From: Pseudomonadota bacterium
GTDB taxonomy: Bacteria; Bdellovibrionota_C; UBA2361; OMII01
Direction: 5' to 3'
NCBI GenBank assembly: GCA_038134595.1
Contig: JAYPVM010000001.1
Location: 1 to 64,000 of the forward strand
Length of the DNA stretch: 64,000 nucleotides
Every line of letters begins with the position of its first letter. The first letter of the stretch is position 1. The notes under the pieces are model-generated. The model ran no database searches. It worked only from the letters and a program-made list of their open reading frames with translations, and was not told the origin of the DNA. Both the position numbers and the translations under genes were made by a program. Of the stretch, positions 1 to 8,386 are shown one piece after another.

Positions 1-354
1 TTTGAACGCCTAGTTTATTCAGAGATGTCAGAGGATCCTTCGGCATTGTGGGAATCCACGCATAAGAGATATGGCTTTGAATCTGGGCCCGATCATGTTG
101 GCCTACTTCCAAAACTTTTTATCTCTCCATTCTATTATTCCCGGTACGCTCTCGGTGCACTAGCTGCGTGGCAGCTCTTCCGCACCTGGCGTGATTCTAA
201 ATCGGAGGAGATGTCACAATTGTACGATGTTATGAAGCTTGGGAGGAGTGTGCCGATTAATGAAATTCTTAGTACCTTAAGAATCAATATCTTTCATACA
301 GAGAAGGCAGTTAGCGCCATAGAAGAGATGAAATATGAACTTGAGTCCAAGTAA
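1..354 (+). CDS. M3 family (M3B/PepF-like) oligoendopeptidase, C-terminal fragment (5' end outside window)
   Basis: Frame is open from base 1 (FERLVYSEM...). LFISPFYYSRYALGALAAWQLF and downstream LGRSVPINE resemble the M3B C-terminal 'PFYYxxYxLAxLxAxQLW...LGxS' segment. HExxH would lie upstream of the window. Confidence 0.7.
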   Translation, partial: FERLVYSEMSEDPSALWESTHKRYGFESGPDHVGLLPKLFISPFYYSRYALGALAAWQLFRTWRDSKSEEMSQLYDVMKLGRSVPINEILSTLRINIFHTEKAVSAIEEMKYELESK

Positions 355-1003
355 AGCGTTTGAAGGGAATGAAGATATAGAGGAATTTCCGCTAGGTCTG
401 AGCTTTTGGCGTGAAACCTGGGCAAGCGCAAAGTCGATGAGCTCTGATACCGCAGAAGAGTCGATGCTGATAGAGAATTGGCAGGATTTTAAGCAACGTT
501 GTCACGTGAGAGAGCGAACGCGTATATTAGTGCCCCTATGTGGTGCTTCTCCGGCAGTAACACACTTCCTTAGACACGGTTGTCAGGTCACAGCCGTTGA
601 TATCGTTGATCAGGCGATTGAGATTCAACGGGAAAAGATAAAATCTGTGCATGCAGCGACTGAGCGGGCTACGCTTATATGTGGAGATTTTTTTCAGGAA
701 GATCTTGGTGCTCCATTCGAGATCATATACGACCGAGGCGCGCTGATAGCTGTGGCCCCGGATTTGCGCGCGACTTATCTAAACAAGTTGGATGATATGC
801 TCATTCCTGGAGGGTATATAAATCTAAAGATATTTCATTCTCCTGGCTCATCACAGTCTGGTCCGCCATTTCCTGTTGAATTGTCTGAGGTGCTGAGTTC
901 GTTAGCTGATTATTCAGTGCAATTTCACCTGTCTAAAGAGATTACAAATTCAGCTGGAGATTTGATTACGTTGGAAACCATCTTATTGCAAAAGCCTGAC
1001 TAG
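335..1003 (+). CDS. Thiopurine S-methyltransferase (TPMT)-like class I SAM-dependent methyltransferase
   Basis: TPMT hallmark motifs RILVPLCG, GDFF, YDRGALIA and GPPF. Overlaps the upstream peptidase stop. Confidence 0.85.
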   Translation: MNLSPSKAFEGNEDIEEFPLGLSFWRETWASAKSMSSDTAEESMLIENWQDFKQRCHVRERTRILVPLCGASPAVTHFLRHGCQVTAVDIVDQAIEIQREKIKSVHAATERATLICGDFFQEDLGAPFEIIYDRGALIAVAPDLRATYLNKLDDMLIPGGYINLKIFHSPGSSQSGPPFPVELSEVLSSLADYSVQFHLSKEITNSAGDLITLETILLQKPD

Positions 1004-1683
1004 CGTAACCAGACACGACGGAGGTGGCGTAAACTAGCTGGGTCTAAACCTCCCCTGCCGTGCAGCATAGTTCTATTATCAAGAAATAGGCACTCTTGTT
1101 CCTTGAGCTCAATCAATTTTAGATTGGTGACCAGCTTTCGCTCAACGTACCGAATTAATTGGTTTATCGGGAGTTGTATTTCTGATTGAGCGTTCTTTGG
1201 AAGCCGCCAAGGGACGAAATGCACCCTTTGATTTTCAGCTTGACCCTGGATGACAAATGTCTCGCAAGGAAATACCTCTAGCTCGGGATTAAGGTGTGGA
1301 ATTTTGGGCAGCGCTTCAAGAGTTTCGGGACTGAGCTTAGTGAAGACATCACGCATATCTAGGATATAAGTAGGAGCTGGAGTTGGCGATTGTGCTCTAT
1401 GACACTGCCATCCTATGAAATTGACCAGTGGCGAGTCCGTATGTAGAGGTAGTGCGGCGGCGCTTCGGGCTATTGAACTTACGCCCGCTTCGATTCTGAT
1501 ATCATTTATCTCAATTATCTCTCCAAGCCGTCCACAAATTTGCAAGAACTTCTCCTCCCGGGTGCGTGGCAAAATGGCGTAGCCACTGCGTTCAAGCTCA
1601 GACCTTACATGTAGAGCAGTTATTGCGACATCAGATTCTATTGCTACATTTGCAAGATCTACGTCTGAATGAGTGTGTAGCAT
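1000..1683 (-). CDS. TauD/TfdA-family Fe(II)/2-oxoglutarate-dependent dioxygenase
   Basis: HxD (LPLHTD), distal His (DNRTMLHGR) and 2OG-binding Arg (RHLRRVW). Purine-rich RBS AGGAAAGGGAG upstream of the ATG. Confidence 0.85.
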   Translation of the reverse strand: MLHTHSDVDLANVAIESDVAITALHVRSELERSGYAILPRTREEKFLQICGRLGEIIEINDIRIEAGVSSIARSAAALPLHTDSPLVNFIGWQCHRAQSPTPAPTYILDMRDVFTKLSPETLEALPKIPHLNPELEVFPCETFVIQGQAENQRVHFVPWRLPKNAQSEIQLPINQLIRYVERKLVTNLKLIELKEQECLFLDNRTMLHGRGGLDPASLRHLRRVWLR

Positions 1684-1877
1684 CTCCCTTTCCTAACAAT
1701 TGTTTCCTTCTCGACTGCAGTTTAGTGCGCTTGCCAAATTCGTATCAATTAAAATGTGCTCTTCTGAATCCTTGGCAGACAGCTCTTGCCAAGGATTTGG
1801 GATATTATCGCTGCACCTGGGAATTCCCCCAGGTCCTCTGCCAAGGCAGAAATTATTGTCAGATAAGGATAAGATAC

Positions 1878-2054
1878 ATGAATCAACCTACACTAGAAGC
1901 AGAAAGCACCGAGACACTCTCTAATGAGAGCGAAACACTAGCCGCATTAAGCGCTCCATCAAGGGAGGAATTCATTGCCAAATTGGTGGCTGAGAATTCA
2001 TTTGAGGAAACCGTCTGCGGGGCTGGGACATGTAGCGGTTGTACAGTTAGATAA
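1878..2054 (+). CDS. Putative RiPP-like precursor peptide, 58 aa: MNQPTLEAESTETLSNESETLAALSAPSREEFIAKLVAENSFEETVCGAGTCSGCTVR
   Basis: ATG at 1878 with AAGGA RBS about 8 nt upstream. Acidic, helical leader-like N-terminus and a Cys/Gly/Ser/Thr-rich C-terminus. First gene of a unit encoding likely modification enzymes. Embedded in the longer 1566..2054 ORF of the track. Confidence 0.75.
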   Translation: MNQPTLEAESTETLSNESETLAALSAPSREEFIAKLVAENSFEETVCGAGTCSGCTVR

Positions 2055-2062
2055 AGTCTAGT

Positions 2063-2106
2063 AACTGGAGGGCTAACCTGTGGTCTGCCCTCCGGTTGCC
2101 TTTTTT
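2063..2106 (+). terminator. GC-rich stem-loop followed by a T tract between the peptide gene and the downstream enzyme genes
   Basis: AACTGGAGGGC (2063-2073) pairs with GCCCTCCGGTT (2087-2097) with one G:U pair; followed by GCC and TTTTTT. Confidence 0.65.
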
Positions 2107-2118
2107 AGGGGAGCAAAT

Positions 2119-2727
2119 ATGAACGATTCGGTGCTAAACAGACATAGGCACAACCGCTCATTGCGTCTTTTGGTAAATAATCCACTTTTTACGGCCGTGA
2201 TGAACTATCGCCACACCGAGTTGATGCTGCGCTTTGGTGACCGTTTTGATCTACCTACAAAGGAATGCGAGCGCATCTTCGATGAAACTAAACGTTGGTT
2301 ATATCTGGTTGGAAAGCACAGCGAGTCCAACTTCAATCCGGCGATATGGGATTGCATGACAGTTGTCGATGAAATGTGGCATGAGTTCATGCTCTATAGT
2401 GAAGATTACAGCGATTTCTGTTTGAAATACTTTGGTAGATACATTCATCATCTGCCCACGCATTCATCGGACAAATCAAAGACACGAACGCGGCTATTAA
2501 ATGGTGACCTTGAGGCAATAGAAAGGCAACGTATAGAGATAGATCGATTAATCTCCCTAGTTTTTGACCTGTTTGGAAGAGATATTGCACGCTTATGGTT
2601 TCAGGAATTCAAATTACAATACCCTACCGCCAAGTTGCGTAACTTGCAGATCAAGGCGCTTCAACGAAAACAGCGCGAAGAGGAGGAGTTCTTAGAACAA
2701 AAACAACAATCTTTGGGGGCACGATGA
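2119..2727 (+). CDS. Glycine-rich-domain protein-like (GRDP/DUF1399-like) stand-alone domain protein
   Basis: Family signature VDEMWHEFMLYSEDYSDFCLKYFGRYIHHLP (DxxWH...Y..FC...G..IHHxP). Start moved to ATG 2119 because of the GGGGAG RBS. Confidence 0.75.
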   Translation: MNDSVLNRHRHNRSLRLLVNNPLFTAVMNYRHTELMLRFGDRFDLPTKECERIFDETKRWLYLVGKHSESNFNPAIWDCMTVVDEMWHEFMLYSEDYSDFCLKYFGRYIHHLPTHSSDKSKTRTRLLNGDLEAIERQRIEIDRLISLVFDLFGRDIARLWFQEFKLQYPTAKLRNLQIKALQRKQREEEEFLEQKQQSLGAR

Positions 2728-4037
2728 ATATCTGTTTGATCGGCAAAGTGCCACCGATTCAAGGTGGCGTTAGTCGTCTTACCCTTGAAACAGCACTTCA
2801 TCTCGGCAGGGCTGGACACAACGTAGATATTGTTACCAATGCTGATTCCAGCGAGCTCGGTTTCAGGCAGCTGATGTTGGAGGATGACCAGCGATATTTG
2901 AAGGCCTTAAACTCCGATCGAGTTTTTATCAATAATCTTTCAGAGTTTCGCTCAAACTCGCACATTCCTGGCTCTCCAGCTTATCAGGCAAGGTTATTTG
3001 GAAAAGGATTAGAAATAATTGAGCAACGGCAGATCGACTTAATTATTGGATGGTATCTATATCCGTACGGTCTGGTGGCAACACAACTAGCCAAAGTATG
3101 CGATAAACCCTGTATTTTGCTACATGCTGGTAGTGACCTTGGGAGATTGAGCTTGAACTCCGAAATCAAATTAACATTCAAACATGCTCTTAGTTGCGCA
3201 ACTCGGATAATCCATATGCCAGTTCCGGCTGTAGAATCGATCTTGGATGATCTTGGATGCAATCTAGAGAAACGTGTCCCAATCTCCGGGGTCTTTCTGC
3301 CCGATGATGTACTTCAATCTGCTAGTTTCGGAGCTGATATTTTATCTTTTGAGAAATATCGCAGAGCTTTTTTTGAAAATTATCTGCCATCTAACGATGC
3401 CGCCAGACTGAGTGAATATCAGTTTGAGGATGCCTGCGAGACTGATTTTACGCTTGGCATATACGGTAAGATTGGAGAAGCAAAAGGCACTTACACGCTT
3501 TTAGATTCGATAAAGGCTCTTTTACAGCGTGGTTATAAGCTGAGATTGCGCCAAATTATTGCTGGTAGTGAACATGAGATCCGTAGATACCTAAGTGCAT
3601 GTGTCAGCGAACCCTTGCTACAAGGCAGTTTATCGCTTCTTCCACCTCTTCCCCCTTGGAAGGTTAACTCATTTATAAAAATGTGTGATGCGGTATGCTT
3701 TCTTGAGGATGGTTTTTCTATCCCCTATCACACGCCAGGTGTGCCGCTTGAGATTATGGCAGCAGGACGAGCTCCAATTATGTATCCACAAGAAACAAGC
3801 GCTGTAGCTGGATTGTTGCGTGGTGGGATTAACTATCTGGCAGTAAAGCGAACGGATTCAGGGGAGCTTAAACGAGTAATAGCTCGGGCCGCCGAAGATC
3901 GTGAAACAACCATCGAGATCGGACGTATGGCTGCATTTACATTAGATCAGCTCAAGGGACGAGTTTCAGAACTGCATAAAGATCGACCGGTTTTTACAGC
4001 GGTAAAGGGCGTCTTGGATAGTTATCAAAAAAGCTAG
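2724..4037 (+). CDS. GT-B fold glycosyltransferase, GT4-like
   Basis: N-terminal MNICLIGKVPPIQGGVS...LGRAGHNVDIVT; GIYGKIGEAKG; C-terminal PGVPLEIMAAG donor-binding segment. ATGA overlap with the upstream gene (translational coupling). Confidence 0.8.
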   Translation: MNICLIGKVPPIQGGVSRLTLETALHLGRAGHNVDIVTNADSSELGFRQLMLEDDQRYLKALNSDRVFINNLSEFRSNSHIPGSPAYQARLFGKGLEIIEQRQIDLIIGWYLYPYGLVATQLAKVCDKPCILLHAGSDLGRLSLNSEIKLTFKHALSCATRIIHMPVPAVESILDDLGCNLEKRVPISGVFLPDDVLQSASFGADILSFEKYRRAFFENYLPSNDAARLSEYQFEDACETDFTLGIYGKIGEAKGTYTLLDSIKALLQRGYKLRLRQIIAGSEHEIRRYLSACVSEPLLQGSLSLLPPLPPWKVNSFIKMCDAVCFLEDGFSIPYHTPGVPLEIMAAGRAPIMYPQETSAVAGLLRGGINYLAVKRTDSGELKRVIARAAEDRETTIEIGRMAAFTLDQLKGRVSELHKDRPVFTAVKGVLDSYQKS

Positions 4038-4297
4038 AATCAGGTTCGATGTTCAACGATCGGCAATTGCGCGCATAGATGCCTTTTGCTGAATCTCGTC
4101 GAATCTATTATGTTAGAGGATTTTTAAATACACACTCGCGCTGCAAATACCCGTTTCGAAACTATATCTCCGGCACGCCCCAATATGTCATCTAAGATGC
4201 TAGACAGATATGGCAATTTAGTGAGAAAGCCTACGACATAGTTTCTCGTGGGACAAACCTATCAGTTTGTCATACTTCCATGCGCCCTGTACTAAGA

Positions 4298-4519
4298 CTA
4301 GTCGTAAATAGTTCGTCCTGCCTCCTCAAACATGTGCTGATCAAATAAGCTATCTCCGGCTAGAGTTTGATGTAGCTGGTTTAACCACAACGGGCAGCGG
4401 ACCTTTGCCCGCAGGCTCAATCGATATCTCGATAAATCACTGAGCTCCTTCACGTATAGACTTACTATACCCGAGAGAACGTCGCCAAGTCGGGTGCGGA
4501 GGAGATCCAGCGTATTCAA
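4298..4519 (-). CDS. Possible small hypothetical protein (73 aa)
   Basis: TTG start preceded by AAGGG; no recognisable motif. Confidence 0.25.
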   Translation of the reverse strand: MNTLDLLRTRLGDVLSGIVSLYVKELSDLSRYRLSLRAKVRCPLWLNQLHQTLAGDSLFDQHMFEEAGRTIYD

Positions 4520-4917
4520 TGTCCCTTATCACAAGTTAAAGCGCGCCAAATGCCTCCAACCAAACTCTAAGTACCCCTGCTAGCAATCCGATACAACACA
4601 ACTACAAGCCGTTTCAAGCAGGAGGAGAAAACCTCTATGTTGCCCCTCACCCTATTGAACAGAGCTAGACATCTCTGGATAAGCACTACATCATTACGGC
4701 TCACAGCCAATCTAGACGATTCGCCGAATCCCAGTGTTAGATTCTCGTTCCTTATTCGCAAAACGAAGCTAAAAACAACACAGTAAGGTTGCGATCTATG
4801 CGAAATGGATCTGATCGTAAGCATAGATCTAATCTTACTATTTGCTATGGGGTTACTTAGTATTCTAGTTTGCTATACTGATGTGCCCGGGTTTAGAGAA
4901 ATACGTAGTGCCATAAT

Positions 4918-6717
4918 ATGTTTGGAAGAAATAAGCCGTTGACTTTTAATCTTGCCGGTCAAGACCGTGCTCGCGCTGAGTTTTTTGAGGGACTAGAAAA
5001 CGATTCACTTAAAGAGATCGCGTTCTCAGCAGATGTAGTTAGCCGATTGATACTCTCTGGCAAAGTCAATAAAAAGGCAGTCATCGCCGCAATTACTGAC
5101 AGCTATAAATCTCAGCACTCACCGCTGGGCTATGGAACCAATCTAAAAATACTAACTGCTATCATGAAAGAGCTACCCCAAGCATTTCATGCATTAGAGG
5201 AGTTTATATCTGACACAAAAAAAATTGGATTTGATCAGACTACCGACGAAATAAATGAATTTCGTGAAATCTACGACTCAGAGATATCGCATGCGATTAT
5301 AAATGAGGGACTTCTTCTTCAATACTGCGTGCCTCTCTCTCTAAGAACTCACGCCCAAGCGATTGCATCCGCCCTATGGGAAAACCTGCGGACATCTAGC
5401 TTCTTTGACGAAGGTCTCGCCGCTCTCGAAGGCCACAACCCGCAGACAACTACCCTCTCCTCTACGCCGAATCATAAAATTATCAGCTTCGACCATCAAC
5501 TGCTCTCAACTTTTTACTTCATAAGGCGCCTATGTAATGACGTCGCATTAAACGACGACGAGCCGCACCTTCAACTCAGAGGGCCTACGGCCTGGTCTCT
5601 TCGAGGTTTTGAAACACTACTCCTACAACAATTCATTACACACTTTCCCTCAGGCACCTGGAACTCCTTACACGATCGCTACGCAGAGCTTGTGGATAAA
5701 GTTCGCTTTCAGGACTACACCCTTGATGAATTAAAATCGATTGGAGAAAAAGTACGCTTCATGACATCGCTATCCCGGTGTTTAAAGGACGCTCACAACC
5801 TTCTTCAAGAGAAGGCTGTTCTTGCTCTCCAATACGCTCGCATTACCGAACTCAAAACAACAGGCAACACTGATTCTGCCTCCTCTTTTTTTAGGACAAA
5901 TCCTCCACGATGTTCGATTACCGTAGATCTTCCCAACTTTCTAGACAGCGGAAGCACAATGCATGTTAGCTTGATGGGAACGATGCTTACCTTCCAGCTA
6001 ATCAATACAGACGGCTCCTACGCTCTCAGGTGGACGCTCGATCAGGAAAACGGCCTACGATCTACATCTCGAGTATATCATGTGCCGTATACTCATGGAG
6101 ATATTGCGATGTCGGCGGAAGAATTTGAAACTTGGAAGACAGATTTAATAAGGGTCTCCAACTCCGCAAGTGCCGGCCTCTATTCTTTTCTGGAGCAGTA
6201 TCCAGGTCTCTATTCACAAGCATTTGATGATTCTACCCACGTATTCATTAATTCTGACGAGTTTGAAACAACATTTTCTTGCCAATCGTGCGATAGAGAT
6301 ACTCTTGAGACGGCGATACGTGAGGGATTAAAAGATACCGAGTGTGAGATATCGGAACAACAGGCTTCAGATAAAAAAGCAGCTTCTTCGTGGGTTGTCA
6401 CCTTTCCCAATGGCTGTAAGGAGCTTGAACCCTCAGATGTGTCTTCTCCAGCCGCTCAAGGACTCGATGAGTACTTTGTGAGCCGCTATTGCAATGAGTA
6501 CAGCGCTTTTGTGAGCCTCTTAAAAAAATGCGGGGTTACCGAGTCTATGGGGAAAGGTTCACATCAAGGATTAAACAGAAATGGCCACAAATACGTCACG
6601 AGTCAGCGCCTAAGAAACGGAGAGATACTGCTTTCGCGCAGCATTATCGCCGATGTCTTAACAACACTAGACATTCCCGTAAATGACTTTATCAACCAGG
6701 CGAGTAAAGGCGTATAG
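4918..6717 (+). CDS. Hypothetical 599-aa protein with C-terminal HicA-like (mRNA interferase fold) domain
   Basis: Long ORF. The last ~75 aa (FVSLLKKCGVTESMGKGSHQGL...IIADVLTTLDI) follow the HicA helix-GxGSH-strands-helix pattern. Confidence 0.65.
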   Translation: MFGRNKPLTFNLAGQDRARAEFFEGLENDSLKEIAFSADVVSRLILSGKVNKKAVIAAITDSYKSQHSPLGYGTNLKILTAIMKELPQAFHALEEFISDTKKIGFDQTTDEINEFREIYDSEISHAIINEGLLLQYCVPLSLRTHAQAIASALWENLRTSSFFDEGLAALEGHNPQTTTLSSTPNHKIISFDHQLLSTFYFIRRLCNDVALNDDEPHLQLRGPTAWSLRGFETLLLQQFITHFPSGTWNSLHDRYAELVDKVRFQDYTLDELKSIGEKVRFMTSLSRCLKDAHNLLQEKAVLALQYARITELKTTGNTDSASSFFRTNPPRCSITVDLPNFLDSGSTMHVSLMGTMLTFQLINTDGSYALRWTLDQENGLRSTSRVYHVPYTHGDIAMSAEEFETWKTDLIRVSNSASAGLYSFLEQYPGLYSQAFDDSTHVFINSDEFETTFSCQSCDRDTLETAIREGLKDTECEISEQQASDKKAASSWVVTFPNGCKELEPSDVSSPAAQGLDEYFVSRYCNEYSAFVSLLKKCGVTESMGKGSHQGLNRNGHKYVTSQRLRNGEILLSRSIIADVLTTLDIPVNDFINQASKGV

Positions 6718-6731
6718 AACTAGACGTTTAT

Positions 6732-7907
6732 CTAATTACTAGCCAACGCACCCTCAAGATCAGCCATTAAGTCCTCAATTGATTCAATCCCGACAGACAG
6801 TCGGATTAAACCATCAACAATTCCGGTTTTCTCTCGAATCTCTCGCGGAATAGATGCATGGGTCATTAAGGCAGGGTGTTCAATTAGGCTTTCAACTCCT
6901 CCTAAGCTTTCTGCTAACAGAAAGACCTGCACGTTCTTTAAAAACCTTCGAGCAATTTCAATATCACCTTTTAAAACACACGATATCATTCCACCTCCAA
7001 GTCGCATCTGCTTTTGTGCTAGCTCAAACTGCGGATGACTTGGAAGCCCGGGATATATTACTCTTTCGACTTCCTTTCGTGTTTCAAGGAATGTAGCGAT
7101 TGCTAACGCATTCGCAGAGCTCTGCTCCATACGAATAGCAAGTGTTTTTATTCCCCGTAAAATTAAGAAACAGTCAAAGGGACTAGGTACTACACCAATC
7201 GAATTCTGTAAGAATTGCAGTCTCTCACGAATTTCTTCGTTTGCTCCAACAACCGCAACGCCACCGATAACATCGGAGTGTCCATTGATGTACTTGGTAG
7301 CAGAATGAACTACCACTGAGAATCCATACGAAAGCGGTTGCTGTAGATAGGGCGAGGCGAATGTATTATCGCAGACTGATATCAAACCTTTTTCTGAAGC
7401 AAACGCTGCTATCATCTCCAGATCCACTAACTTAAGAAGTGGATTGGTTGGGGACTCAACCCAAATCATCTTTGTTTCTGGGCGCATTGCCGATTCTAAT
7501 GAGCTTACCAATGTATCTGGATTTGAAAGGTCAACGTATGTGACCTGTAAGCCCATGCTGTGCTTTCGTACTCCTTCAAAGAGCCGATAGGTCCCGCCGT
7601 AGAGATCATCTCCGGCTATAATGTGAGAGTTTGCAGGAAGCAGCTCCAAAACAGCGCTCGCTGCCGCCAAGCCACTTGAAAATGCGAATGCTGCTTTACC
7701 GCTTTCAAGACTTGCAACACAATCCTCATAAGCATATCGGGTCGGATTGTGTGAGCGCGCGTAGTCAAAGCCTTTGTGCTCTCCCGGCCCAGCTTGCGCA
7801 TAGGTAGAGGTAGCAAAAATCGGCGGTATTACAGCTCCCGTTGTTGCTTCAGGCTCCTGTCCCACATGTAACGCTCTTGTTGCAAAGCCCCGCTTATCCT
7901 CGCCCAC
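6732..7907 (-). CDS. metB: Cystathionine gamma-synthase/gamma-lyase (PLP trans-sulfuration enzyme)
   Basis: YARSHNPT, ESPTNP, DNTF, HSATKYINGHSD (PLP Lys), LAESLGGVESL; GAGGAG RBS before the GTG. Synthase versus lyase specificity is not resolvable by eye. Confidence 0.9.
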   Translation of the reverse strand: MGEDKRGFATRALHVGQEPEATTGAVIPPIFATSTYAQAGPGEHKGFDYARSHNPTRYAYEDCVASLESGKAAFAFSSGLAAASAVLELLPANSHIIAGDDLYGGTYRLFEGVRKHSMGLQVTYVDLSNPDTLVSSLESAMRPETKMIWVESPTNPLLKLVDLEMIAAFASEKGLISVCDNTFASPYLQQPLSYGFSVVVHSATKYINGHSDVIGGVAVVGANEEIRERLQFLQNSIGVVPSPFDCFLILRGIKTLAIRMEQSSANALAIATFLETRKEVERVIYPGLPSHPQFELAQKQMRLGGGMISCVLKGDIEIARRFLKNVQVFLLAESLGGVESLIEHPALMTHASIPREIREKTGIVDGLIRLSVGIESIEDLMADLEGALASN

Positions 7908-8071
7908 GTGTCTCTCCTCTTTTTACTAACCTTTAGATAAACTCTACCTGAAAGAGTAGCATGGTGACCATATGAAAATCTCATGGCGACAATTAGCCAT
8001 CGGATAGATTCTGGCGTGCAGATATGAAGTATACTGTGGTATTGTAGTTACGAGTTGTTCGGAATTCCGCC

Positions 8072-8371
8072 ATGAAAAACCTCTTTTGCTCACTAGCTCT
8101 CAACCTGGTTGCTCTACCACTGGCAAGTGCAGAGCAGCTTTTCATAACGATGCATACCGCTCCTATCGAGAATTACTGCACAGCATGTATTGTATCAAAG
8201 GAGCGACTCAGAAAAGCAGGGCTAAAATTTAGAGTTATTCTTGAACCCAAGGGTCCTTGGCCTTGGTTTAAGCTAACCGATCAGCAAGGAAATCAGGAGA
8301 CAATTCACGGCACACTCACTGAACAAGACGTGGAGAAGATAAAGCAAGGTAAATTTCCTCGCAATCAATAG
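8072..8371 (+). CDS. Small secreted CxxC (glutaredoxin/thioredoxin-like) protein
   Basis: Signal peptide (MKNLFCSLALNLVALPLASA), YCTAC motif and a later PW (cis-Pro-like). Confidence 0.6.
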   Translation: MKNLFCSLALNLVALPLASAEQLFITMHTAPIENYCTACIVSKERLRKAGLKFRVILEPKGPWPWFKLTDQQGNQETIHGTLTEQDVEKIKQGKFPRNQ

Positions 8372-8386
8372 CTCTCGCGAGTCTTT

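Noticed and set aside
1566..1877. N-terminal 104 aa of the 162-aa ORF 1566..2054, and ORF 1700..1924
   Set aside because: The extension overlaps the TauD gene on the opposite strand and both cross the divergent promoter region. The RBS-supported start is ATG 1878.
2080..2118. GTG start extension of the GRDP-like gene
   Set aside because: It lies inside the hairpin; ATG 2119 has a clear GGGGAG RBS.
4567..4824. 85-aa minus-strand ORF
   Set aside because: No RBS or motif and atypical composition; likely spurious.
7908..8071. Possible SAM riboswitch upstream of the cystathionine lyase/synthase gene
   Set aside because: No SAM-I (AUC...GAGGGA...GCAACC...GAU) or SAM-II core visible on the minus strand.
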